A program made the position numbers and the translations under genes. A stretch of 64,000 nucleotides of DNA. Source: Picochlorum sp. SENEW3 (Eukaryota). The stretch covers positions 620,001-684,000 of the forward strand of contig CP120460.1 in the NCBI GenBank assembly GCA_034226945.1. The letters are read 5' to 3'. The stretch's first letter is position 1. Every line of letters starts with the position of its first letter. The notes beneath the pieces are model-generated. The model was not told the DNA's origin, made no database searches, and saw only the letters and a program-made list of their open reading frames with translations. Positions 46,714 through 58,636 of this stretch are shown one piece after another.

Positions 46714-48519
46714 TCAGTACTGTCTTTGAGATGTTGAGAACAAGAGCTGTTTTGTGCCCTTTTTCTTCCGAGAGCCAGGCTTTGAAATCTCTGGCAAAGG
46801 TGGGTCAGTTTGTAGCCGCTCTGTCGATGCACCACTACTTATTGACACCCACGCCGGTGCATGTCCAAGCGGCGGTGATGTTGATGGCATTTCTTCACCA
46901 CTCCCTCCCAGTGATGGGCCTGTTGCAGCAAAACCAAGCTCTGCAATCTTTGCATAATTGATGCCTGGTTGTCCGGCATCAGTGTTTGTATCATCGCCAA
47001 AGATGTGATGAGCCTGATCATCGTCATCAGAGCCACCAGTAAGACGAGGCATATCCTCAATACGAAAGGGCAGTCGCTCTGATTCAACAGTCTTCTTCCT
47101 CCTATCCCGTTTCTCAAGTCTTGCTCGCTGCTTTTCTGCCAGAATCCTCTTCTCTTTCCTCTTTAATAATTCATCCTGAAACTCCACCATAATATCTGCA
47201 GGTATGATATCCGAGAGATCCACTTCACACAAGTAAAATGTGGCACTGACAGGGATATGTGAAAAAACTCTCAACCTCTTTTGCATTTGCTCAGTCTGGG
47301 TATACCTCTCCACCTCAAGTACATGTGCCTGAATGCTTTTAGGCAACTCCTGATACCCTTCTTTCCATCGATGTAATATTTTCATGTTCAATGTGTTCAA
47401 AAATATCCATTGTCCATCAGACTTTTGGTAGAGATACACCATCTCATCATCATCTCTGGGCATATCCTGTGACAACAGATGGTCAGGCACTGAACAACGC
47501 ACAATCACATTCGTTGTCTTCTTTTCATTCATTTTGGAATCTCTCTTTCTACTGCTACTCTCTATATGTGATACATGAAGGCTGGGAAACTCCTCATCCA
47601 AATGCTTCATCCTCTGGCGATCCTCCTCTGCCTGTTGCGATGCTTTCATTGTCTCTGCAACACACTGTTCCAATGCCTCTATCCATCCCATTTCATGCGA
47701 TGTTCTCTCACACATTATTCTGCAATGACCCATCACGACTTGTATCGACGCGAGATGTCCTGGGAGGAGGTATTCGGCTTCCTGTCCACCTTCCAACCGA
47801 ACACACTCTGACATCTCAGCTAATCTACGAACGATATACAACCATAAATCCAAGGGATTCTCTACAACCATTGTTCTACAGAATCTAGGCATTGATACAG
47901 GATAGCATCCTGTGTCCACCGCATCACACGAGTGAACAGGCATCACCTCTGAAGAATTCCGTCGCCTCCCCACCAACCAAAATGATTCAACTGCCCCCTT
48001 CCCATCTAGACCGGCCTCCTTATCCACCACCCGGATCTGAATCGGACGAATCTCCTTCATACTCATGTCAACACCACACAAAGGACATGGGCTGGTGCCC
48101 CTCATCACATCATCATACTCTCGTGATGTTGCACAGAGCATATGGGTCACGACAGACACCAAACTAAACACATGGCCACATGGCGTGATATACGGCAGCT
48201 CTACTTCTTCTAAACTAATAGGACAATGCGGCATTGTGCTCGCCGTCATTTCTAGAATAATCACATCCTCCCATTCCAACAATCCACCATTTTCTTCTTG
48301 AGCAGTATTGCTGCTGTTGACAAGCACCCCGAAGCGATAATTTGCTCGGAGAAACGACCCTCGATCGAACCCTTGGCTGGACTTTTGTCTTCGAGAATAC
48401 CCATAATTCTGCTGTCGCCGTTCTCGTCGCTTTCCTGACTGCGTCACAGTCATTCCCTGCAACAAATGATTCGCTGCTCTCGTCGTTTGGCTCCTGCGAG
48501 AGCTGCTCGCGGAATCCAT
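46714..48519 (-). CDS. RING finger protein RNF10/MAG2-like
   Basis: ANHLL, FLRANYRF, CPISL...ITPCGHVF...CPLC, YQKSDGQWIFL, SHIP...CEVDL. Confidence 0.82.
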   Translation of the reverse strand: MDSASSSRRSQTTRAANHLLQGMTVTQSGKRRERRQQNYGYSRRQKSSQGFDRGSFLRANYRFGVLVNSSNTAQEENGGLLEWEDVIILEMTASTMPHCPISLEEVELPYITPCGHVFSLVSVVTHMLCATSREYDDVMRGTSPCPLCGVDMSMKEIRPIQIRVVDKEAGLDGKGAVESFWLVGRRRNSSEVMPVHSCDAVDTGCYPVSMPRFCRTMVVENPLDLWLYIVRRLAEMSECVRLEGGQEAEYLLPGHLASIQVVMGHCRIMCERTSHEMGWIEALEQCVAETMKASQQAEEDRQRMKHLDEEFPSLHVSHIESSSRKRDSKMNEKKTTNVIVRCSVPDHLLSQDMPRDDDEMVYLYQKSDGQWIFLNTLNMKILHRWKEGYQELPKSIQAHVLEVERYTQTEQMQKRLRVFSHIPVSATFYLCEVDLSDIIPADIMVEFQDELLKRKEKRILAEKQRARLEKRDRRKKTVESERLPFRIEDMPRLTGGSDDDDQAHHIFGDDTNTDAGQPGINYAKIAELGFAATGPSLGGSGEEMPSTSPPLGHAPAWVSISSGASTERLQTDPPLPEISKPGSRKKKGTKQLLFSTSQRQY

Positions 48520-48922
48520 ACCATTAATATACTTGTGTACTACTAATAGTAAATGTTTATTACATTCTGTGATTCAAAGAGGGGTATGCTCACACAATTT
48601 CTCTTCTTTCTGAATTGGGCTGAAGGAGGATCAAGCCAGACTTTCTCTCTCGTCTTGCAAGAATTGGTCACCAGTGTACTTCAAATGAGCCACTGGAGTG
48701 AAACGATTACGATCGAGACTGTAGATCGGCCTCTATGTACATCAGTGTATGATACTATGATACTCTTGACCTGATGATGAATCTCATACACATTGACAAT
48801 TGCAAAGAACTGTTCATTCAAATTTATTTTCAGGTGACACAAAAAAGAACACAAGTATCTCTCATTATCACTCTTCCTCATCATGAGGACTCACGCATAA
48901 TCTTTTAGAAAGAAAGAGTCAA

Positions 48923-50197
48923 TCAGGGATCACCAAGATCAATCTCCAGCAAAGCATCATCGCCAAACAAGCAGCTTGTCCCATGAGAGTCCTCACCAGG
49001 ATCACTGGACCGCCATGTATCATGCACACCAGAGTCCAATGACTGCGTTGACTTCCATCGCTGCAAATCTCTGGACGACGACGACGACACGCTGCTCCTA
49101 TTAATCTTATTTACATTCTTCACTCGCTCCTTTTCAAACAAGTGTGTTGTTCGCCTCTCCATGTGACCTTTGTTCTCGATTCTAGATCGAAGATATTCAT
49201 ATAAAGGATATAATTGTGTAGGTATTTGGACAGCTCCATCCAAAATATCACGCGGAGAGAGATTTGTGTCCATGTACAGTGCTGTATTCAATGAGTCATC
49301 CACAGACTCCACACCACACTTGACAGACATATCGACAATCATACTCGTGTCAACCTCGTATTTCTTAATTTTTGAAGATGAATCTATCACATCTCCATGT
49401 GATCGTTTGACCACAGACGTTCGTATATAGCTGGGCCCATCCTGATGGGTATCATATGGTGTGACCCCAGAAGAGATTTCAAAATCACCATTGCAGTGAT
49501 ACGATGTTCGAATAAACGGGATGACTCCCGTATTATCAGGTATCGCAAATACGGCGTCACTCGCCGAAAGCCCCACGGTGAGACCGAGTGACATGTATCG
49601 ATCCTTGATGAAGACGGGAGCACTCCACAGGCCAGGTGCAATACTAGAAATGACAAACCCATATCCCCAGGTATACGACCCTAGAAACCCTGCTTTACGA
49701 TGCCAGAAGAATACTAATGCTTTCGAAAACCGTATCGCTGACGAAGGAAGGGCTGGTTCTTGAGACATATCAATATTGGAGGACACAGGCTGCTCCAAGG
49801 TTTCCAGCAATTCGAGTGCTCGGTGGCACATTTTGGACAACTTTTTCTCCACTCGCCGCGACAGCGTCGTATTCACAGGCAATGCATCATGCTGCTTCAA
49901 ATACTCCCAGCTACTAAGACTCATACTGCTTGTTCGATTCAATCCATTGCACGACATCTGCTTGGCCAAGGGTGACCGTGCCATCTTTTTCCGCCCCAGA
50001 CTCCCACTATGCACATCACTTGCAGACTTTTGCAGCACTCGCCGAGTCGATGCTGCCATAGCATCATCATCCAGTGTATGTTCATTATCATCACTCACTT
50101 CCATCATCAACGACCGAAGGTCGTGGATAGACAGCGTTTTCTTGTCGCTCACATGCCTTGTCCCTCCACCCCCAAGAGCTGCTTCTGTTGTCGCCAT
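48923..50197 (-). CDS. Ysc84/SYLF-domain protein
   Basis: KAGFLGSYTWGYGFV...WSAPVF...GLTVG and LNTALY...DILDG. Confidence 0.75.
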   Translation of the reverse strand: MATTEAALGGGGTRHVSDKKTLSIHDLRSLMMEVSDDNEHTLDDDAMAASTRRVLQKSASDVHSGSLGRKKMARSPLAKQMSCNGLNRTSSMSLSSWEYLKQHDALPVNTTLSRRVEKKLSKMCHRALELLETLEQPVSSNIDMSQEPALPSSAIRFSKALVFFWHRKAGFLGSYTWGYGFVISSIAPGLWSAPVFIKDRYMSLGLTVGLSASDAVFAIPDNTGVIPFIRTSYHCNGDFEISSGVTPYDTHQDGPSYIRTSVVKRSHGDVIDSSSKIKKYEVDTSMIVDMSVKCGVESVDDSLNTALYMDTNLSPRDILDGAVQIPTQLYPLYEYLRSRIENKGHMERRTTHLFEKERVKNVNKINRSSVSSSSSRDLQRWKSTQSLDSGVHDTWRSSDPGEDSHGTSCLFGDDALLEIDLGDP

Positions 50198-50764
50198 TCT
50201 ACCAATATTCAACTCATGAATATCCTTGTACTCTCTTCTTCTATGTCTAAAACAATATGTTCAATTAATGTAACCAAGGTGAATTGAAATTGTACGAATA
50301 CGGGAATTCCGTGCACGTGTCGCCCCCTTCATCAGAGAAGGTGCATGAGGGAATCTTTCGCCAAGATTCCTCTGGATCCCGGTACCGCTGTCGGAATGTC
50401 ATCCCTCAGGATATATGTACGACGGCCGTAGTCGACAGAGAATGCGATCTCAATCTTCTCAGATTGAATGCAATGAACAATGTACGTGTGCAGAATTCCA
50501 TCATATCCATGTGCCACATCTCTGAGTCATCTCAGAGACCAGAGGAAAAGAGGCTGGTTGTCGCCAAGCATGATCATGCACCAGCCTGTATCGATTGATG
50601 ATGCCAGGTCTTTTTTGTTGGCAGACTTTGCCACAACAGATCGCTTCCAACAAGAGTCTTGATAGGATTGGTATCAGATTGGTATTAGAACGAATAATCA
50701 TGATGATGGATGAGAATTCCCACCACAAGTAGCCATTCCGAATAATACGGTACATTTTGAACAG

Positions 50765-51094
50765 CTTCTTCGATGGATACATTAGCTCAGTCAATTTTAC
50801 TATGCTTTTGAAGCAATGATTACAACAGAAATGAATCAAAACAAGTACAATCTTATTTTAGAGGCTCCTGGGCTCAAATCAATCATTCTTGAGGACACCC
50901 CAGGTGAAATGTTCATAGATACATTGGGATATCAAGTCGACACAGCAACGCGAAACATTTGTATTCTAATCGGCTACTACTATGGATTTGTATGCTTGTG
51001 TCTCGTAGCGTTATACCTCAGAATCAACTGGCGCTGGAGACTTGATTCCTCTTGGAAAAAAAAAGTTTTGTTAAGCCTTTTGGCAAACCTCTGA
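50765..51094 (+). pseudogene. 3' remnant of an ABCG (white-type) transporter with an in-frame stop
   Basis: LLRWIH*LSQFYYAFEAMITTEM...GEMFIDTLG...TM helix. TAG at 50783-50785 falls where Tyr is typical; no nucleotide-binding domain upstream. Confidence 0.7.
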
Positions 51095-51184
51095 CATATA
51101 TGTATGCAGAATATCTATACATTATTCATGAGAATACATGTAGTAATTCATGCATTCGACGTTGTAGTATTCATGTCTGCCGTG

Positions 51185-52414
51185 TTAGCTCTTTTTAGAA
51201 GCAGCAGCAGGAATGAGTTGGAAAAGACCATTAAAAGGAGCCACTTTTCTAAAATACTTCCAAGAGACCCTCTTGTTTGATAAATCTTCTATGTTGATTG
51301 TCAGATATGCTCTCTTACCATCCTTCTTTCTCTTATGTGATACCAGATACACATTTTCACAGTCTACTTGTGAACAACGCAATTCCCTTGGAATGATTCT
51401 CATGGTGTCCGTCTTGGTCCCCAAACGAGGTTTGCCTCGTTTGCTCCCTGCCAGGTATGAATACTTTGATCGTCTCTTCACCCCAAAGAACGTCATGGGT
51501 GTCCCAGAAACAGCATCCTCACGTATCTTCCATAGTTTCCTAGAATTTGAAACCTTGTGAATCCACCAGCTCGACGTCACAATAATCTCCTTTTCCTTAG
51601 ACTTGAGAGAATGTGTCAAATAGTACTCGACACGACGGTAATCACTGGCTCTTCTCGAATTTATATGTATTTTGTAATACCCTCGCGTGAATGTACACTT
51701 TGGAGGTGGAGGAATTGGTCCAGAAACAATCCTAGGTGGATATTGCTGCCCCCAAGTATCTGTATCGTTGCTGCATGAGGAAGACAGGAGAATATTTCCC
51801 TTTGGAACGTCTGCCTCAAGATCGTCTTCCTCAGCACATGCAATCATTCTCGCCAGAGCAAACGTGCGAATGCCGTTTCGAAGAGCTTCAGTGACATCAA
51901 TTTGTAAAGGCTCGCCACCTTCCGCGTTTATGAGTTCTGAATGACGAATTTGAATCGTTCCAATTTTGGCACCATTGTCCTCCTGTATCACATTGTCAGA
52001 ACAACTCAGCATCCAGTTTACAAATGGGTCAAAAGGCTTTAGTATATCCCCTGATGTATTCCACGACACGCTTTCTGTATCATTAAGAACTGAAGTAAAA
52101 CCATATACAGTTATATTCTGCGGAGGGAAATCCTTGGAATCTGGCCTCGCAAAGACTTGCAACACAGCAGGCTTTGAGAGCGATGATACTGAAGATGGTT
52201 CAAAGGACAGCAGCACAACGGAGGGCTCTCCATTCTTCCTATCCATGGAAACCATAAAATCCTCCGCACACATGTTTGTCTGTGATGGGGTCACTGCGAC
52301 AGCCACAGCAGCGAGTGATTCTTGCTGATCCGGACCAAGCGGGCATGGCGAAAGAGCCTGGACCCCAACAAGAGACACAGACAGCAGTGCATAATAAAAT
52401 CTATTCAACGTCAT
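51185..52414 (-). CDS. Secreted protein with an acidic beta-rich N-domain (DNRLRE/CBM96-like, tentative), a PPPP linker and a basic C-domain
   Basis: Signal peptide; LLSF...AVLQVF...VYG...VSWN...IDVT pattern. Confidence 0.65.
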   Translation of the reverse strand: MTLNRFYYALLSVSLVGVQALSPCPLGPDQQESLAAVAVAVTPSQTNMCAEDFMVSMDRKNGEPSVVLLSFEPSSVSSLSKPAVLQVFARPDSKDFPPQNITVYGFTSVLNDTESVSWNTSGDILKPFDPFVNWMLSCSDNVIQEDNGAKIGTIQIRHSELINAEGGEPLQIDVTEALRNGIRTFALARMIACAEEDDLEADVPKGNILLSSSCSNDTDTWGQQYPPRIVSGPIPPPPKCTFTRGYYKIHINSRRASDYRRVEYYLTHSLKSKEKEIIVTSSWWIHKVSNSRKLWKIREDAVSGTPMTFFGVKRRSKYSYLAGSKRGKPRLGTKTDTMRIIPRELRCSQVDCENVYLVSHKRKKDGKRAYLTINIEDLSNKRVSWKYFRKVAPFNGLFQLIPAAASKKS

Positions 52415-53225
52415 ACTCTTTACTTAGAAAACAACAGGATATGTATAAATAGAGCAGTACTAGACCTTTTTCTATATATAGAGAGTATAGAAAAGGTTCG
52501 GATCTCGAGAAGAAGCTACACCGTTGTCAGTTGACGTCACTGCGCGTCTTTTCTCTGTTTCTCCCTCCTCGCATTCGGCTACACAGATATACCTACGTAT
52601 TAACAAGGCATAAAGATGCAAAATTTTGTATGTATTCGTTGAGAGCACACTAAGTCCACATCTAAATGTACCTGTCACCACAGCGGTACACGTGGACAGC
52701 ATGGCCCACGAGTCTACCAAGAATCTTGGACCAAGGTGTCACACATGCATCTGGCTCGGATGATTCGAGTGCATTCAAATTCTACTGGGCCACATCGTGA
52801 GTGGAATCCATGTAATCCTACCACTGTCGTATACATGCGCCAAGGATTCGAGCCAGCCATCACAGGAATCAGCCAGTGCTGGTTATATATATCCTGATGG
52901 GTGCATGAGAGAGAAATTTCTGCCAGCATACCTCGAAGGGTCAGGAAGCTGATGCCGTATTTTTCAATCGCATGATGCTTTTATACTTCCAATTACCTGT
53001 TCCGGGTGTGTCTACATTGCTGTCATCGGCTGAATATAGACCCTGAGATATATATTAATATCAGGGCAAGTTCTATTGCCCTAACAATTGCTAGTTGCAA
53101 TTAGGGCAACCGTTTCATTGATGGCGAATCAATGAAATGGCAGGGCATCACTCACCGTGACGTCAGTTTCCATCGACTGCAAATTTAATTATATTCATTT
53201 ACATCGCTCATTGTAGTGGGACGCT

Positions 53226-54739
53226 ATGAGTGGACCACCTGGAACAACCTGCACTCCCAAACTGGCTTTTGCAGTTGACCCTTCCAAAGCACCTGACAAC
53301 CAAACAGTCCCTTTGCATAATCGATGGCACCCTGAGATTCCTGTGGCATCAAAGCAAAAGACTGGACAGATATTCAGGGTGGAATGCATCGAGTGGACCG
53401 GTGGACAGGTAAGAATATGCTGGAGCATTATGGAACACATCTTCTAGTATGAAGAGGCTTCTACATAGAGTCCTCACTCACGCAATGCTGTTGCTACACG
53501 TGTAGATCAAGAATGACGACTCTGCAGAAGATATGAAAAACATTGACTTGAGCAAACCGCACTTTCTATCGGGACCCATTCGGATTACAGATGAACAGGA
53601 ACAGCCTGCCATGCCTGGTGATATACTGGTGGTTGACATTTGTGACATTGGTCTTCTAGAGGGATATGAATGGGGATTCACCGGAATATTTGACAAAGAA
53701 AATGGTGGTGGATTTTTAACTGAACATTTTCCAAAAGCATGTAAAGCCATATGGGATCTTGAAGGGATTTATGCCACCTCTCGTCATATCCCTGGTGTGA
53801 AATTCCCAGGATTAATCCACCCAGGATTGATCGGCACAGCTCCGAGCCATGAGCTGTTGAAAATATGGAACACGCGTGAAAGAGAATTGGTGGAATCGGA
53901 GGATTCATGCACCCTGGCAAAGCACTTGCATGCCAGACCACTTGCATGTTTACCAGAACCTACAAATGCTCTTCTTGGAGCATTGGATTCCAGCCATCCA
54001 GATTTTGACCGAATCGCTGCTGAAGCAGCTCGTACAATACCAGGAAGAGAGAACGGGGGGAATTGCGATATTAAAAACTTGACCAAGGGATGCAGAATTT
54101 ATTTCCCAGTCTTTGTAGAAGGAGCTCTTCTCAGCATGGGTGACATTCACTTTTCTCAGGGGGATGGTGAAGTGAGTTTTTGTGGAGCCATCGAAATATC
54201 CGGAAGAATCGACCTGAAATGTGATATTATTCGCGGTGGAATGAAACAGTACATGGACCCCGTCGGTCCGAGCGAACTGAATGTCAACCCAATCTTTGAA
54301 GTGAGTCCCATGGATGGATCAAGGTGGTTTTCCGAGTGGCTAGTATTTGAAGGCTTGTCAATTGACGAGAATGGAAAACAGCACTTTATGGATGCATCGA
54401 TTGCATACAAAAGAGCAGTCTTGAATTGCATCAACTATCTCAGCAAGTTTGGATATTCAAAGGAACAAGTGTATCTTCTGTTGAGTTGCTGTCCCTGCGA
54501 GGGCCGCATTGCTGGAATTGTTGATGTCCCTAATGCGGTACGTGGCATCCTGATACTCTTGATTGAAGTGAACACTTGATTTCATATTCGATTCATCTGA
54601 TTTCCTATATGACATGCAGTGTGCTACTTTGGCTATACCGACAGCAATATTTGACCAGGATGTTCGACCCCAAAAGGGTGGAATTCCTCCATCTGGTGTG
54701 AGGCTTGTTCAAAGAGGACAACTCCCACAGTGCACCTAG
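53226..54739 (+). CDS. fmdA: Formamidase (FmdA/AmdA); introns 53409-53505 and 54538-54619
   Basis: LHNRWHPEIP, WTGGQ|IKNDDSA, HFLSGPI, GRENGGNCDIKNL, GDIHFSQGDGEVSFCGAIE, VDVPNA|CATLAIP. Confidence 0.94.
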
Positions 54740-55029
54740 TTCTGTGCATACCCCTTTGTCCTTGTTGAGCTTTCCATGATGTATGATGTGTATGCACACA
54801 CAATGATGATGATGATGATGATGATGCCATCTACCCAGTCGAAATCCTATTATTACATCCCTTGTGACACGACACACACACGTACCAGCTGGCCCTGCAT
54901 GCAGGGCTGATTCGAACCAGCCATGGCCAATGGCCATCATCAGAGATGGGAGTGTTCAACGGTTGAAACCCAAACCCATCTCTTCCCATTGAATACATAA
55001 TAATATTCCAATTTAAATACTACTTGGAT

Positions 55030-55677
55030 ATGAAATTTTCATTCGAGAGATGTCAGCACCCCTCTCGGGTGAATAGTGGGAGTCTCGCGACGATTCGTGG
55101 ATTGAACAGAATCAACAGAATCCGACAACGACGCTGTTACACAGCCACCCATGCCTTCAGAATAGATAGAAGATATCATATGAATATTGCACTGGAGAGA
55201 CAGGAGCGAGAGCATGAGAGTATACTACGGTTTGCGTCCTCAACCGAGCCTCACCAGACGCTGTTCCATCTCAAAACCAACCATGGCATAGAGACACTAT
55301 TCGAGGCCGCTGGATCTGAACGTCTCATCGTTGTTGTCGTATACACATCGTCATGTGGTGTTTGTTCTCGTGTCTTAAAGGCTGTTGATGCGGTTCGGAA
55401 AGAGTATGCCGATCACGCGGGTGTGTTGTTCTGCAAGCATGATGCCCAGACAGAGTATGACACCAGGAGTGATGTGTCTCAGCTGTATAGAATCACATCC
55501 GTCCCGACGATATTATTCTTTGCTGATGGAGCGTTAGTCCGCAGATCAAATCCCATTAGAGATGTGCGGGAAGGGTTTGGACGTCGGAGCTCGTTGGATA
55601 TTGAGAAGGAGTTGAACTGTCTCAGCAGCACTGTGTCTGCCATGGTGGCAGACATGCTGGAAGAGCAACTGTTGTGA
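55030..55677 (+). CDS. Atypical plastid thioredoxin-like protein (CGVC active site)
   Basis: YTSSCGVC, FCKHD...EYD...SDV...YRITSVPT. Confidence 0.8.
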   Translation: MKFSFERCQHPSRVNSGSLATIRGLNRINRIRQRRCYTATHAFRIDRRYHMNIALERQEREHESILRFASSTEPHQTLFHLKTNHGIETLFEAAGSERLIVVVVYTSSCGVCSRVLKAVDAVRKEYADHAGVLFCKHDAQTEYDTRSDVSQLYRITSVPTILFFADGALVRRSNPIRDVREGFGRRSSLDIEKELNCLSSTVSAMVADMLEEQLL

Positions 55678-56265
55678 CGTATCTCCATGTACATTATGTT
55701 TTTCGTTTCAATTGATATCCTACTACCCCATGACTGATCGTGTTGCCAAACAGTCACATGGCCTGTCCAATGGAGCCACCATGGCGTCGCTGCCACCACC
55801 CCGGATGGAAGTACCGATATCTCGTCGATTGACGGGCGACGCTACTGATAGTCGGGCGTATACCCCGTTTCGAGACATTATTATATGTATTAGTCGCATA
55901 ATTCACCCATCACAGTGCCAGTTTCTGTGTATATCCCCGTCCGTTGGCTGGTTACGTAGAGGGTGCGAGTTCTTTCTCTTTTATGATAGAAAGCATAGAA
56001 GGCTAGAGACTCAGTGAGAAGATACTTGTGTAAATATTGAAACATATTCTGTTCACTCTGTGTTGTGAATCTATCGCCTGTTCCGAATTGCCTGCGTCGC
56101 TGTGCTGATGTTCATGTTGCGCCTCGGAAGCACCTTCCTTGGGCTTTCTTGGTGTTGAAACAGCGAGGAATTATTGATAAAAATACGAAATAGTACTATT
56201 TGGATTGTTGAGAAGGGAGGATAACGTGAGGTTTGGGTGTGAGCGAGCGGTGACGGGACTGCAGA

Positions 56266-57920
56266 ATGGATTCGAAGGATTTTTTTGCAACCTCTGGTCC
56301 GACAGAGTCGCAGCGGTATAAATTGACAGAGGTGATTGGGAAGGGGAGTTATGGGGTGGTTGCGAGTGCGGTGGATCAATTCAATCATGGTACGTGGGTT
56401 GTCTAGCCCTAGAAAAAAAGGGGGAGTCTGTGGTGCTTGTGGAGGCGTTGGAAGCAGACTCATGTGTGTCTATAATCAATGCAGGTGAGCGAGTGGCGAT
56501 CAAGAAGATTACGAATGTGTTTGATCATGTGTCAGATGCTACGAGGATTCTCAGAGAGATCAAACTGTTGAGATTGCTCAGGCATCCAGATATTGTGGAG
56601 ATTAAGCATATTATGCTACCGCCGTCTCAGAAAGACTTTAAGGATATATATGTGGTGTTTGAGTTGATGGAGACGGATTTACATCAGGTGATTAAAGCGA
56701 ATGATGATTTGACGGCAGAGCATCATCAGTTCTTTCTGTATCAAATGTTGAGGGGTTTGAAGTATATTCACTCGGCTCGGGTGTTTCACCGTGATTTGAA
56801 ACCTAAAAATATACTGGCAAACAGCGATTGCAAGTTGAAGATTTGCGATTTCGGTCTGGCGCGACCGGCGTTTAATGATATGCCACAGACGGTATTTTGG
56901 ACGGATTATGTGGCAACACGATGGTACAGGGCGCCTGAATTGTGCGGATCGTTCTTTGCGAAATATTCGCCCGCTATTGATATTTGGTCTATAGGGTGTA
57001 TATTTGCAGAGATATTGCAGGGGAAACCACTGTTTCCTGGGCGGAATGTTGTCCATCAGTTGGAATTGATTACAGATTTGCTTGGTACTCCATCGCCTGA
57101 TGTCATTGCCAAAGTACGGAATGAAAAGGCGCGGCGGTTTTTGCAAAATATGCGTAAAAAGCCTGGCGTTCCATTTGAAGAGCACTTTCCTCATGCTGAT
57201 AAGGGGGCGTTGATGATGCTGAAGAGGCTGTTGGCATTTGATCCAGCAGAGAGACCGACAGCAGAAGAAGCACTGGCTGATCCATATTTTGCTGGTCTGA
57301 GTCAACCAAGTCGTGAGCCTTCGGCGCAACCCATCAGTAAGATTGCATTCGAATTCGAGAGGAGAAAGTTGAATACGGAAGAGGTGAGGGAGTTGATATA
57401 CAGAGAAATATTAGAGTATCATCCACAAATGTTAGCTGACTATCTCTCAGGACGTACACAACAGCCAAACTTTGTGTATCCGTCTGCCGTGGATAACTTT
57501 AAAAGGCAATTCGCACACCTCGAAGCTGGTGGTAAAGGTGCACATCATAGCCTCGGCCAAGCTACATCGCTTCCCAGGGAAAGGATGTCAGATTTCAGGG
57601 CAGAAGCGAATCGGTTCATGCAACATAAAGATGGGACAAATAAATCATCGACGAATCCTATGAGGGCCAGTAGCCAGCCTCCACCAGAAAATGAAACTCT
57701 CTATGGTAGATCTGTTGAGATGCATGATGCAAAGGCAATCGAATTGTTGGGATCCAGTGTGGAAAAGATGTCTGTGGTCGGTGATAGCAAGGATGGTTTT
57801 TTGAAACAAGCAGGCCCACCGAGGACGCAGTATCCTGGGGCCTCATACTTGGAAGCATCAAAAGCTTCTCAATCGACGCAGAATGAATCTCAACCTCATG
57901 GATCCCTGGATAATGCGTAG
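56266..57920 (+). CDS. MAP kinase, plant group D (TDY); exon 56266-56389, intron 56390-56484
   Basis: Exon 1 MDSKDFF...IGKGSYGVV splices in frame to GERVAIKK. Motifs HRDLKPKN, DFG, WTDYVATRWYRAPE. Confidence 0.95.
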
Positions 57921-58072
57921 GGAAATATCTAACAACATTTTGATGGCGCCATGCACTCTGATATATACATAATGTTAGCTGTCATGTCGTACATGTTACA
58001 ATAACCCGCGGATATTGACGATACAGTATAGAAAAGAATTAAAAGAGCATCTTTTGAATCGAAATAGAAAAA

Positions 58073-58636
58073 TCAGTTTGTTTGGGAGACTACATACCCT
58101 GCTGTTCCCAACACAGCCAGGACAACAGCGACAAGGAAGGGTAATCCGACCACCTGATTGGTGTCGTCACTCACATACCCCTTGTCTGTATATTCCCCTT
58201 TCACATCCACCCAATCCTTCCAATAATCCTTGGCAGTGCCCCCAATTTTACGGCGCAGTGCCTGGTACTGTGCCCTGCTCATCTTTCCATCCTCAAGTTT
58301 CCCATATCTGGCATCATACAAGAGCTCCGCATCACTCTTTGATCGAACCTCTGAAAAGTCAAATGCTCCAACGATTGATCCGAGAGGCCCTCGTCGCTTC
58401 TCATACTCGGCCGCCTTGTCAACGTTCTTCTTCTTTGAGACTTTCTGAGCACCAGAAGACGATTGCTTCTTTCGCCCAAACAACCCCTTCTTTTCCTGTA
58501 CCACAACTTCCTCTTTTTGTGTTTTCTTTGTAGTAAAAATGGCTCGTGTTTGCACCACCGATGATCGATTCATTCTTCTGCCTGAGCGGTGTTGCTGCAC
58601 CACTCGTTGACCCGAAAAGACTGCAGAGGCATTCAT
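58073..58636 (-). CDS. Plastid (likely thylakoid) protein with a C-terminal TM helix
   Basis: Transit peptide (..VVQTRA), core GKMSRAQYQALRRKIGGT, C-terminal hydrophobic helix. Confidence 0.75.
   Translation of the reverse strand: MNASAVFSGQRVVQQHRSGRRMNRSSVVQTRAIFTTKKTQKEEVVVQEKKGLFGRKKQSSSGAQKVSKKKNVDKAAEYEKRRGPLGSIVGAFDFSEVRSKSDAELLYDARYGKLEDGKMSRAQYQALRRKIGGTAKDYWKDWVDVKGEYTDKGYVSDDTNQVVGLPFLVAVVLAVLGTAGYVVSQTN

Noticed and set aside
11236..54739. Nitrogen-assimilation gene cluster (NRT2 plus formamidase)
   Set aside because: The genes are over 40 kb apart with unrelated genes between them, and the NRT2 is a fragment.
54802..54826. (ATG)n microsatellite
   Set aside because: Short ordinary repeat in a 3' UTR or intergenic region.
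55781..56160. Upstream ORFs before the MAPK as conserved peptide uORFs
   Set aside because: Conservation and transcript start cannot be established from this sequence alone.
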